NCBI RefSeq assembly: GCF_001457595.1 | Contig: NZ_LN831039.1 | Location: 60,001-92,000, forward strand | DNA from: Mycolicibacterium smegmatis | GTDB taxonomy: Bacteria; Actinomycetota; Actinomycetes; Mycobacteriales; Mycobacteriaceae | Direction: 5' to 3' | DNA length: 32,000 bases | Shown: piece after piece, positions 7,629-14,692 of the stretch | How the letters are laid out: each line of letters starts with the position of its first letter | How positions within the stretch are numbered: position 1 is the first letter of the stretch | Program-made: the position numbers and the translations under genes | The notes under the pieces: model-generated | The model's input: the letters and a program-made list of their open reading frames with translations, nothing else | Databases searched by the model: none | What the model was told of the DNA's origin: nothing

Positions 7629-8782
7629 GCAAGTGCCCGCGGTGCTTCACCGCACTCAACCCGAACCAGTACCTGTGGACGCTGCCCGAGCAGTCCGGCG
7701 GTACGCGGTACCGCGACGAGGTCGCCACGGCCTACTCCGGCGCGCCCGCGGACTGCGGGCCGCTCTACACCTGGTCGCGCAGCCCGGGTTACAACGGTCC
7801 GCCTCCCCCCACGTCGGAGGCCACCCGCGCGCTGCAGGCCCCGGCGGTCGAGATCTGCCCGGTGTGTCACTTCACGCTGCCCGAGGGCTGGCGCGAGGGC
7901 CACGCCATCTGCATCGCCCTGGCCGGCGCTCGTGCCACCGGCAAGAGCCTGTACATCGCGGTGCTGGTCAAACAGCTTGAGCTGCTGTGTGAGCGGTTCG
8001 GCGTCTCGATGCAACCGGTCACCCGCGGCACCGCCCAGGCCTACGCCACCAACTACGAGACCCCGCTGTACGTGCAGCGCGGCCTGATCCCACCCACGCC
8101 GACGGTGCGCACCCAGACCTCGGATCACCGTGAGCCGCTGATGTTCTCACTCGGCATCTGGCACGGCGTGCGGCGGTTCCTGGTGCTGCGCGATGTCGCG
8201 GGCGAGGACATGGAGTCCGGCGACCTGCACGCACCGCCGTTCCGTTTCTTCGCCCACGCCGACGCGGTGTTCTTCATGTTCGACCCGTTGCGGGTCAAGA
8301 CCATTCGCGACCAGCTGCACGACCTGCTGCCCGCACAGGTGGTCAGCGGGGGTGATCCGCGAACGGTGCTGACCAACGTGTTGACGGCCGTGAGCCCGGG
8401 GCAGCCGAAGCTGGCGGTGATCCTGTCGAAGTTCGACGTACTGCGCGCGTTGCGCGACGTCGAGGGCTCCGAGTGGGGCCTGATCATGTCCAACGGCGGC
8501 GCGGCCTACCTGCGCGACACGTCCGACGGTCAGCAGTACGACGAGACCGACGGGCAACTGCTGCACGAGGAGGTGCGCAGCCTGCTGCTGCGCCTGCACG
8601 GCGGGTCGATCCTCGCGGCGGTCGAGAACCCGGCGACCGGAGTCCGGTTGCAGAGCCGCAACTTCGTCGTCTCGGCGCTGGGCCACCCGCCCTCGGGAAA
8701 TCGGCTGCACGCCAGGGGGATCGCACCGTTCCGCTGTGTCGACCCGATCCGCTGGGTCACCTCGGGCTTCGGCGTGCTGTAG
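7625..8782 (+). CDS. P-loop GTPase (TRAFAC-like) with an N-terminal split zinc ribbon; third gene of the triad (possible SaeC equivalent)
   Basis: CPRC (aa 4-7, nt 7634-7645) and CPVC (aa 78-81, nt 7856-7867) form a 4-Cys ribbon. Walker A/G1 is GARATGKS (nt 7925-7948). G3-like is LRDVAGED (DxxG). G4-like is LSKFD, an [ST]KxD variant of NKxD. The start is an ATGA overlap with the upstream stop. Confidence 0.75.
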   Translation: MSKCPRCFTALNPNQYLWTLPEQSGGTRYRDEVATAYSGAPADCGPLYTWSRSPGYNGPPPPTSEATRALQAPAVEICPVCHFTLPEGWREGHAICIALAGARATGKSLYIAVLVKQLELLCERFGVSMQPVTRGTAQAYATNYETPLYVQRGLIPPTPTVRTQTSDHREPLMFSLGIWHGVRRFLVLRDVAGEDMESGDLHAPPFRFFAHADAVFFMFDPLRVKTIRDQLHDLLPAQVVSGGDPRTVLTNVLTAVSPGQPKLAVILSKFDVLRALRDVEGSEWGLIMSNGGAAYLRDTSDGQQYDETDGQLLHEEVRSLLLRLHGGSILAAVENPATGVRLQSRNFVVSALGHPPSGNRLHARGIAPFRCVDPIRWVTSGFGVL

Positions 8783-8796
8783 GCGTCGGCCGCTTC

Positions 8797-9732
8797 TCAG
8801 TTCGCGTGGTGCACCGTCTCGAGGATCTCGTCGATCAGGCTCGGGGAGGGTGCGCCGGGAAAGCCCTGCTCCATCGAGACGATGAACATCACCGAACCCG
8901 GTTGCCCGTCGACCTTGGTGGCGACCATGGAGTGCAGCGCTTCCGGCGCCACGCACTCGTCGGTCTCGATGCCCGTCACGGTCGCGACGATCTGCACCGC
9001 GGGTTGCCCGTCGATGGTGAACTCGCGCGGGTCGCTCAATGAAACCTGAGGAACCACACCGTTCTTCGAGGTGAAGATGTCGTCGACGAGCTGGGACTCC
9101 AGCTGCACGGCCTCGTCGATGTCGTCGGTCTTGCTGGCACCGGGCACACCGGTGAGGACCCGTGCATGGTCGGGGCACTGCTTGTTGGGCAGCATGGCCG
9201 ACCCGCTCATGCTGCGCACGGGGCAGAAGCCGAACGGTCCCTCGGGGCAGGGCTTTTCCCAGCCGACCAGACTGGTGCAGCTGTTGACGGTCCAGTCCGG
9301 CGGCACGGCATAGTTCAGACCGCGCGGGCTCTCGACCGGGATCCACTGCGGGGGTGTGTCCGGTGTGCGTGCGGCCACCCTGCCTTCGCACGCGGGTTTC
9401 GCGGTCGTGGTGGGGGCTTGGGCGCCGGCAGTGTCCGGGGTGTCCGGCGCTGCCGACGTCGACGTCGTCGTCCCCGCGGCGTCAGTGTCGTCGTCGCCGC
9501 CGGAGGTGAACTTCCAGACCAGCCCACCGGCGACCAGCGCGATGATGACCACGCCTGCCAGGGCCGCGAGGATCCACGGAGTCTTGTTCGGTTTGGGTGG
9601 CTGGTGTGCGGGCGGCGCTTCTCCGTACCCGGACCAACCGGGGCCACCCCAGCCCGGGTACTGACCCGGATGTTGGCCCGGGTACTGCCCGCCGGGCGGC
9701 CATGGCGGTGGAGGTGGCGGTGGACCCGTCAC
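8797..9732 (-). CDS. Pro-rich, single-pass membrane protein with a Cys-containing extracytoplasmic domain (hypothetical)
   Basis: GTG start. The N-terminus is MTGPPPPPPPWPPGGQYPGQHPGQYPGWGGPGW. The TM helix is WILAALAGVVIIALVAGGLVW, followed by a Thr/Asp/Ala-rich linker and then a ~200-aa domain with 6 Cys. It is convergent with the GTPase gene (14-nt gap). Confidence 0.7.
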   Translation of the reverse strand: MTGPPPPPPPWPPGGQYPGQHPGQYPGWGGPGWSGYGEAPPAHQPPKPNKTPWILAALAGVVIIALVAGGLVWKFTSGGDDDTDAAGTTTSTSAAPDTPDTAGAQAPTTTAKPACEGRVAARTPDTPPQWIPVESPRGLNYAVPPDWTVNSCTSLVGWEKPCPEGPFGFCPVRSMSGSAMLPNKQCPDHARVLTGVPGASKTDDIDEAVQLESQLVDDIFTSKNGVVPQVSLSDPREFTIDGQPAVQIVATVTGIETDECVAPEALHSMVATKVDGQPGSVMFIVSMEQGFPGAPSPSLIDEILETVHHAN

Positions 9733-9878
9733 AGAAGGGCTCTCGTCAAGGCACTCATCGACACCACGTCCCCTCCTCTGCCGTGTGTGGCTGATTATAG
9801 GGATCGCCGGGTACCAGCTGTGATCCGCGCCGCAGGCGCCGCATATGGTGGGCGCACCGAGCAGAGAGGTGCTGATGC

Positions 9879-10382
9879 GTGGGTAAGAACGAGCGCACGA
9901 AGATCGTGATGTCCGACGAGGAGATCGCCGAATTCGTCGAGCGGAGTCGCACGGCGACCATGGCCACCGTATTGCCCGACGGCAGGCCGCATCTGGTGGC
10001 GATGTGGTACGCGGTGGTGGACGGCGAGATCTGGTTCGAGACCAAGGCCAAGTCCCAGAAGGCCGTCAACCTGCGTCGCGATCCGACGGTCACCGTCCTC
10101 ATCGAGGACGGCCACACCTACGACACCCTGCGGGGCGTGTCGATCGACGGCACCGCCGAGATCGTGGACGACCCGGAAACGCTTCTGCGCGTGGGCATCA
10201 GCGTGTGGGAGCGGTACACCGGTCCTTACACCGAAGAGATGCGGCCCTACGTCGACCAGATGATGAACAACCGCATCGCGGTGCGCGTCGTCCCCGGCCG
10301 TACCCGCAGCTGGGATCACCGCAAGCTGGGTATGCCCGCGATGCCGTTGGGCGGCAGCACCGCGCAGTACCTGAACTCGTGA
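9879..10382 (+). CDS. PPOX-class (pyridoxamine-5'-phosphate-oxidase-like) probable F420-dependent oxidoreductase
   Basis: SRTATMATVLPDGRPHLVAMWYAVVDGEIWFETKAKSQKAVNLRRDPTVTVLIEDG...LRGVSIDGTAEIV is a typical split-barrel PPOX/FDOR pattern in mycobacteria. GTG 9879 is the longest start; ATG 9909 (MSDEEI) is an alternative. Confidence 0.8.
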   Translation: MGKNERTKIVMSDEEIAEFVERSRTATMATVLPDGRPHLVAMWYAVVDGEIWFETKAKSQKAVNLRRDPTVTVLIEDGHTYDTLRGVSIDGTAEIVDDPETLLRVGISVWERYTGPYTEEMRPYVDQMMNNRIAVRVVPGRTRSWDHRKLGMPAMPLGGSTAQYLNS

Positions 10383-10383
10383 G

Positions 10384-11349
10384 TCAGCCGGCGGGGTTGG
10401 GCCGCGGTTTGAGCCTGCCGTTGGGCAGGGGCGGGGCGGGAAGGCGCGACAGCGCGCCGGTGTAACCGGACACGGCGCCGAAACGCGCGTCGTGTTCCTG
10501 CCATAGCTCGCGGTAGGCCGCGATGTCGTCGTGGCTGCGGCCTACGAAGTTCCACCACATCACGAGTTCCTCGTCGAAGGGCGGGCCGCCGAGCAGGATC
10601 ACCCGCGCCGGGCCCGTCCCGGTGTTGGCGAGGTGCAGTTCGTGACAGCCGGGGCGTTGATAGGCCAGATCGGCGACCGCGAGCGGGGTGCCCGCGACCT
10701 CGACCACGCCGCGGTCCAGGAGCACGCCGTGTTCGAACGTCGCGTCGACATCGAGCGTCAGTTCGGAGCCGGGCGCAAGGTCGATCTGCGCACCGAGCAG
10801 CGGTGTGAATGTGTGCACCGGCGAGCGGGAGTCGCCCAGCTCACCGAGGAACACCCGCAGAGTCGACGAGCCGATCACCCGCGGGGTCGGGGCGTAGTGC
10901 GCGAAGTCGCGGTCGGTGTCGCGTGCGTCATCGGGCAACGCGACCCACAACTGGACGCCGTGCAGGACCGAGGCCGCCTTGGTCGACACCTCGGAGTGGC
11001 AGATGCCCGAGCCCGCGGTCATGAGGTTGAGTTCGCCCGGACGCACCATCGCATGCACGCCACCGCTGTCGCGATGCTCGATCTCGCCGGCGAAAAGCCA
11101 ACTGACGGTCTGTAATCCGGTGTGGGGGTGGGGTGGCACATCCATACCCGGACCGCTGCGCACATCGTGCGGGCCGTAATGGTCGGCGAAACACCACGCA
11201 CCGATCAGGGTCCGGTCCCGCTGTGGCAACGTCCGTCGTACCGCGATCGCACGGGGACCGCCGAGCGGAACCTCGCGCGCGTGCAGGACCCCGGTGAACC
11301 CCGAAGGCCCACAGGTGACCTCGGAAGGTGCGACGTCGGTGTTGCTCAT
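10384..11349 (-). CDS. pirin-family protein
   Basis: 321 aa with the cupin metal motif PPHPHTGLQTVSWLFAGEIEHRDSGG plus ICHSE, and the bicupin length typical of pirins. Confidence 0.9.
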   Translation of the reverse strand: MSNTDVAPSEVTCGPSGFTGVLHAREVPLGGPRAIAVRRTLPQRDRTLIGAWCFADHYGPHDVRSGPGMDVPPHPHTGLQTVSWLFAGEIEHRDSGGVHAMVRPGELNLMTAGSGICHSEVSTKAASVLHGVQLWVALPDDARDTDRDFAHYAPTPRVIGSSTLRVFLGELGDSRSPVHTFTPLLGAQIDLAPGSELTLDVDATFEHGVLLDRGVVEVAGTPLAVADLAYQRPGCHELHLANTGTGPARVILLGGPPFDEELVMWWNFVGRSHDDIAAYRELWQEHDARFGAVSGYTGALSRLPAPPLPNGRLKPRPNPAG

Positions 11350-11393
11350 CGGTCCACCGTAATCGGCTTCGGCGGTACCGGCCGCTGGCTAGC

Positions 11394-11660
11394 ATGAGCG
11401 CCATGAGCCGCGTCGTGAGCGCCGATGACGTCCGCACTGTCGAGTTCGCGAAGCCGCCGATCGGCAAGCGTGGCTACGACAAGAAGTCGGTCGACGACTT
11501 TCTGCAGCTCGTGGCGCGCCGGCTCGAGGGCCGCGGTCATCTGAGCGCCGACGACGTCCGCCATATCGCGTTCCCGAAGCCGCCGGTCTTCCAGCGGGGG
11601 TACAGCGAGGATGAGGTGGATGCGCTGCTCGACGACGTGGTGGCCACGCTCGAGCGCTGA
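11394..11660 (+). CDS. small DivIVA-domain repeat protein
   Basis: The start at ATG 11394 (MSAMSRVV...) avoids overlap with the pirin gene. Two tandem copies of a DivIVA N-terminal-type unit are present: SADDVRTVEFAKPPIGKRGYDKKSVDDFLQLVARRLE and SADDVRHIAFPKPPVFQRGYSEDEVDALLDDVVATLE. Confidence 0.75.
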   Translation: MSAMSRVVSADDVRTVEFAKPPIGKRGYDKKSVDDFLQLVARRLEGRGHLSADDVRHIAFPKPPVFQRGYSEDEVDALLDDVVATLER

Positions 11661-11797
11661 AGTCGGGGGACGGTGCCGTCAGTGCGCCTCTCGGCGAGTG
11701 GTCGCTCGCAGCGACGAAGTGGATGGGGCCCGGGGCATGCCCGGCACCGTCGGAAGATGTAACGGGATACCCCGGGCCCCTATTCCCCCTCATGTCG

Positions 11798-11836
11798 CTC
11801 TCGCGCCGCCGTCCCCTCGAACCGGCGGCGAGAGAG
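11798..11836 (-). terminator. candidate stem-loop just downstream of whiB6
   Basis: CTCTCGCGCCGCCG (11798-11811) pairs with CCGGCGGCGAGAGAG (11822-11836), giving a ~13-bp stem with one bulge and a 10-nt loop. It begins 13 nt past the whiB6 stop. There is no U-tract, which is common in mycobacteria. Confidence 0.3.
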
Positions 11837-11848
11837 CACAGGATCACG

Positions 11849-12142
11849 TCAGGCGGCGTCCGGGAAGATCAGTTTGGTCTTGCGGACCGGGTAGCCGTTG
11901 CGCTCGGCCAGCGAACGAAGCTGCTTGAGCGCGAAGGTCCGGCCACGGCCGCTCTCGGGGACCATGATGCCGGCCCACAGGCCCTCGGCCCGGGGAAGCT
12001 CGCAGGCCTCGCGGGCGCAGAGCCAGCGGCGCGGGCATTCGCGGCAGATGACCTTTGCCTGCGCGTCCGGGGCGGACGTCCACCGCTCGGGGTCGCTGGT
12101 GCACACGCCGAGCGGAATTCCGTTGGTCATCAGTGCAGTCAT
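11849..12142 (-). CDS. whiB6: WhiB-family Fe-S transcriptional regulator, WhiB6 by synteny
   Basis: ATG 12142 gives MTALMTNGIPLGVCTSDPERWTSAPDAQAKVICRECPRRWLCAREACELPRAEGLWAGIMV..., with four Cys in the C-Xn-C-X2-C-X5-C arrangement and a GLWAG turn (G[VI]WGG-like). Its position immediately upstream of the ESX-1 locus and divergent from an HTH gene matches whiB6 in other mycobacteria. The track ORF extends to 12382, but that extension is not protein-like. Confidence 0.85.
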   Translation of the reverse strand: MTALMTNGIPLGVCTSDPERWTSAPDAQAKVICRECPRRWLCAREACELPRAEGLWAGIMVPESGRGRTFALKQLRSLAERNGYPVRKTKLIFPDAA

Positions 12143-12525
12143 GCTGTTGCTCCTGTTAGGACTTCGTTGCGGTGTGTACCGCGTTGGCCAGAACGCTATA
12201 GCAACAACCGTAGCGATGCAACAGTTTGATTTGAAGCGGCAGCGCGTGCTGCTACGGAATTTTGCGTTGGTAACAACACATGACCACCTGCGAAAAGCGT
12301 GAGCTCGATAAAAGCGCACGTCAGAGACCTTCACATAGCGCACGGAGGTTCCGTAGCGTCTCCGTGGTTTCGCACGCGACAATTATGTAGCACTGGTGCG
12401 GTTTGCTGGAACGTGACCAAAACCGAGGCGTAGCGGTGCTGCGGTACCGGGTTAGGATTAGTGCGTCCAACAGGCCGCCGGAGGTGGCCCGGCTCAACAG
12501 ATTCACCAGCGAGGAACCATCGGAG
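12143..12525. promoter_or_regulatory. 383-bp divergent whiB6 / HTH-gene control region, lower GC than the flanks
   Basis: Noticeably AT-richer (for example cagtttgatttgaag, ggaattttgcgttggtaacaacacatg, cgataaaagc, gacaattatgtagc). It contains a 7-bp inverted repeat, CACGGAG (12341-12347) and CTCCGTG (12360-12366). No specific promoter hexamers can be assigned with confidence. Confidence 0.4.
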
Positions 12526-13302
12526 ATGACCGACGCGGAGTTCGACCTCGCCACGGGTGAATTCGATGTCGGCCTCGTGCGCGCAGGCGCCGCGGCCGCG
12601 GCCCGGCGACGTGAACTCGACATCAGTCAGCGCAGTCTCGCCGCCGACGGCATCATCAACGCCGGGGCCCTCATCGCGTTCGAAAAAGGCCGGAGTTGGC
12701 CACGCGAGCGAACTCGCCTGAAGCTCGAAGAGGTGCTGCGCTGGCCGCCAGGAACCATCGCGCGGCTACGCCAGGGCGGCTCGGTGCCCACGACGTCCGC
12801 GCCCGTCGCCCCGCCCCCTCCCCCCGAACCCGCCGCGGCTCCCGCACCGGTCACCTCCGTCCCCGCGGCCGACGAGGTCCCGCTGATCGCGCAGGCAGTG
12901 CTCACGGCGGTCCACACGCTCGAGACGACGATCAACGCGATGCCGCCCGAGAGCGACCCGGACTTCGTGCCGCGCGTGACGGCGATCCTCGGTGATCTGC
13001 GCCAACTGGAGGCGGTCGCGTCACGCGCCGCCCGGATCAGCATGGTGACCCCGCCCCTGATCAAGGCGCTGAGCGCGGTGCGCCGCCAGATCGACGAGCT
13101 GACGATGCGCGCCGCCAACGCGCCGGGCGCGACGCTGGGCCAGCGGCTGTACGCCGCGCGACGTCAGGCGAACCTGACCGTCGCCGAAACCGCCCAGGCC
13201 GCAGGCGTTTCCGAGGATGCCATCGCCCGCACCGAGGCCGAGTACCCGGTGGACGCGGCGGCCGTGCACGCCATCGAGGCGCTCATCGACTCGCTGCGCT
13301 GA
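12526..13302 (+). CDS. double helix-turn-helix (XRE-like) transcription factor at the espM position
   Basis: ATG 12526 is preceded by GAGGA 9 nt upstream. The N-terminal HTH is ARRRELDISQRSLAADGIINAGALIAFEKGRSWP. A Pro/Ala linker (PVAPPPPPEPAAAPAP) follows. The C-terminal HTH is GQRLYAARRQANLTVAETAQAAGVSEDAIARTEAE. It is divergent from whiB6, as reported for EspM in M. marinum (from memory). Domain content may differ from EspM, so orthology is not asserted. Confidence 0.6.
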   Translation: MTDAEFDLATGEFDVGLVRAGAAAAARRRELDISQRSLAADGIINAGALIAFEKGRSWPRERTRLKLEEVLRWPPGTIARLRQGGSVPTTSAPVAPPPPPEPAAAPAPVTSVPAADEVPLIAQAVLTAVHTLETTINAMPPESDPDFVPRVTAILGDLRQLEAVASRAARISMVTPPLIKALSAVRRQIDELTMRAANAPGATLGQRLYAARRQANLTVAETAQAAGVSEDAIARTEAEYPVDAAAVHAIEALIDSLR

Positions 13303-13303
13303 A

Positions 13304-14692
13304 TCAGGTCCGCTCGCGCGTGTGGTCGTCGCTCGTAGGGAAGTGGTCGGCCAGCGCTGCCGCGACCTCGAGGAACTTGCGACGCACCTTCGGTGACATC
13401 TCCTGGATGTCGACCACGCCACCGGGCCGCAGGTGCCCGTCGAACGGGATCTCCACCACCGCCTGACCCTGCCCGGCGAACTGGTTGAGCAGGATCGAGC
13501 GCGTGCGCTTGTCGGCGTGGCCGTCGGAGTCGTTGAGCACCACCACCGTGCGCTGCAGCAGGCGTGTCATGCCGTTCGCCGAGAGCCAGTCCAGGGTCTG
13601 GCCCGCCGTCGCGGCGCCGTCCACCCACGGCGAGGACACCACGATCAGCGCATCGAGATCACGCAGAACCTCTTGTGTCACCGGGGAATCCATGGTGGAG
13701 CTGCAGTCCACCACCGAGATCGAGAAGTGCTTGTCCAGGCGCGTGACGGCCTCGCGGTAGATCGCGGCATCGAGAACCCGGCGCCGCGCCGGGGTCGACT
13801 CGCCGGCCAGCACGAACAGGCCCGCAGAGTTGTTCCCCACACGGCTGCGCACATCGGCGAAGGTCTCGAGGTTCTTGTCGGAGGTGAGTTCCCAGTACGA
13901 GCCGTGTGCGCGCGGATCGACCCGGCTGCCCAACTTGCCGAAAGACGTGTCGGCGTCGATCGCGACCACGCGGTCGTCCTGGCGCAGATGGGCGAAGATC
14001 GAACCGATCGTGGCCGACACCGTGGTCTTGCCGACCCCGCCCTTGCCCATCACGCCGATCTTGTAGTGCCCGCGCAGCACGCCTCTGATCTTGGCTTCCA
14101 GCTCGGCCTGGCGCAGCTCCTCGGCCGACGGGCCGGGGTTCACCAGCCCGAAGGTCGCGCGGTAGACCAGCAGTCGCCATCCGCCTGACGGTGGTTGCCG
14201 TTTCGGCGGGACCAGGTCACTCGCGCGGATGCGGTCGGCGTAGGACTGCGGCGGGCCCGGCGGCACGTGCGGAGGCTGGCCGGGACCACCCCCGAATCCG
14301 CCGGCCTGCGGCCACGGCTGGTTACCCGGCGGTGGGCCGTATTGGGGAGCGTTCCAGCCCGGCACTCGCTGCTCCCAGGGATCCGGCCGCGGGTGCAGCG
14401 CCGACGGCGGCGGCGGAGGCGGCGGCTGACTGGGTTGTTGTGGTGGTGACGGCTGGGTCGGTTCGCGGAACGTGGTGCGTGCGCGTTCGGCGTCGGGATC
14501 GGCCGGGACGCGGTCCTCGGCGTCCGGGTTCACCGGATTCGGCGGAGTCGGGGAGACCGGCGGTCGACCGGGTATCGACGGCGGTTCGGGCCGGAGGGTG
14601 GGCCGCGTCGGGCCCGTATCCGGTTCGAAGTCGTCTTCCTCGGGCCCCGTCCAGCCAAGCTCTCTACGTAGCGTGTCGTCGGGGTCGGCCAC
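13304..14692 (-). CDS. Pro-rich ParA/MinD-like (SIMIBI) ATPase, paralogue of EspI
   Basis: GTG start with a GGAGGAG RBS ~8 nt upstream. The N-terminal ~190 aa are Pro-rich (PSPPQQPSQPPPPPPPSALHP...). The C-terminal domain has the deviant Walker A, IGVMGKGGVGKTT, and is colinear along its length with the EspI C-domain at 28222-29646 (GWR..lY, Y.IGV.G.KGGVGKT, AIDAD, DWL..NG). Confidence 0.8.
   Translation of the reverse strand: MADPDDTLRRELGWTGPEEDDFEPDTGPTRPTLRPEPPSIPGRPPVSPTPPNPVNPDAEDRVPADPDAERARTTFREPTQPSPPQQPSQPPPPPPPSALHPRPDPWEQRVPGWNAPQYGPPPGNQPWPQAGGFGGGPGQPPHVPPGPPQSYADRIRASDLVPPKRQPPSGGWRLLVYRATFGLVNPGPSAEELRQAELEAKIRGVLRGHYKIGVMGKGGVGKTTVSATIGSIFAHLRQDDRVVAIDADTSFGKLGSRVDPRAHGSYWELTSDKNLETFADVRSRVGNNSAGLFVLAGESTPARRRVLDAAIYREAVTRLDKHFSISVVDCSSTMDSPVTQEVLRDLDALIVVSSPWVDGAATAGQTLDWLSANGMTRLLQRTVVVLNDSDGHADKRTRSILLNQFAGQGQAVVEIPFDGHLRPGGVVDIQEMSPKVRRKFLEVAAALADHFPTSDDHTRERT

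Noticed and set aside
8147-9391. 414-aa minus-strand ORF spanning the GTPase gene 3' end and the membrane-protein gene
   Set aside because: It crosses a convergent gene boundary, overlaps two well-supported CDSs, and has an Arg-rich composition typical of shadow ORFs.
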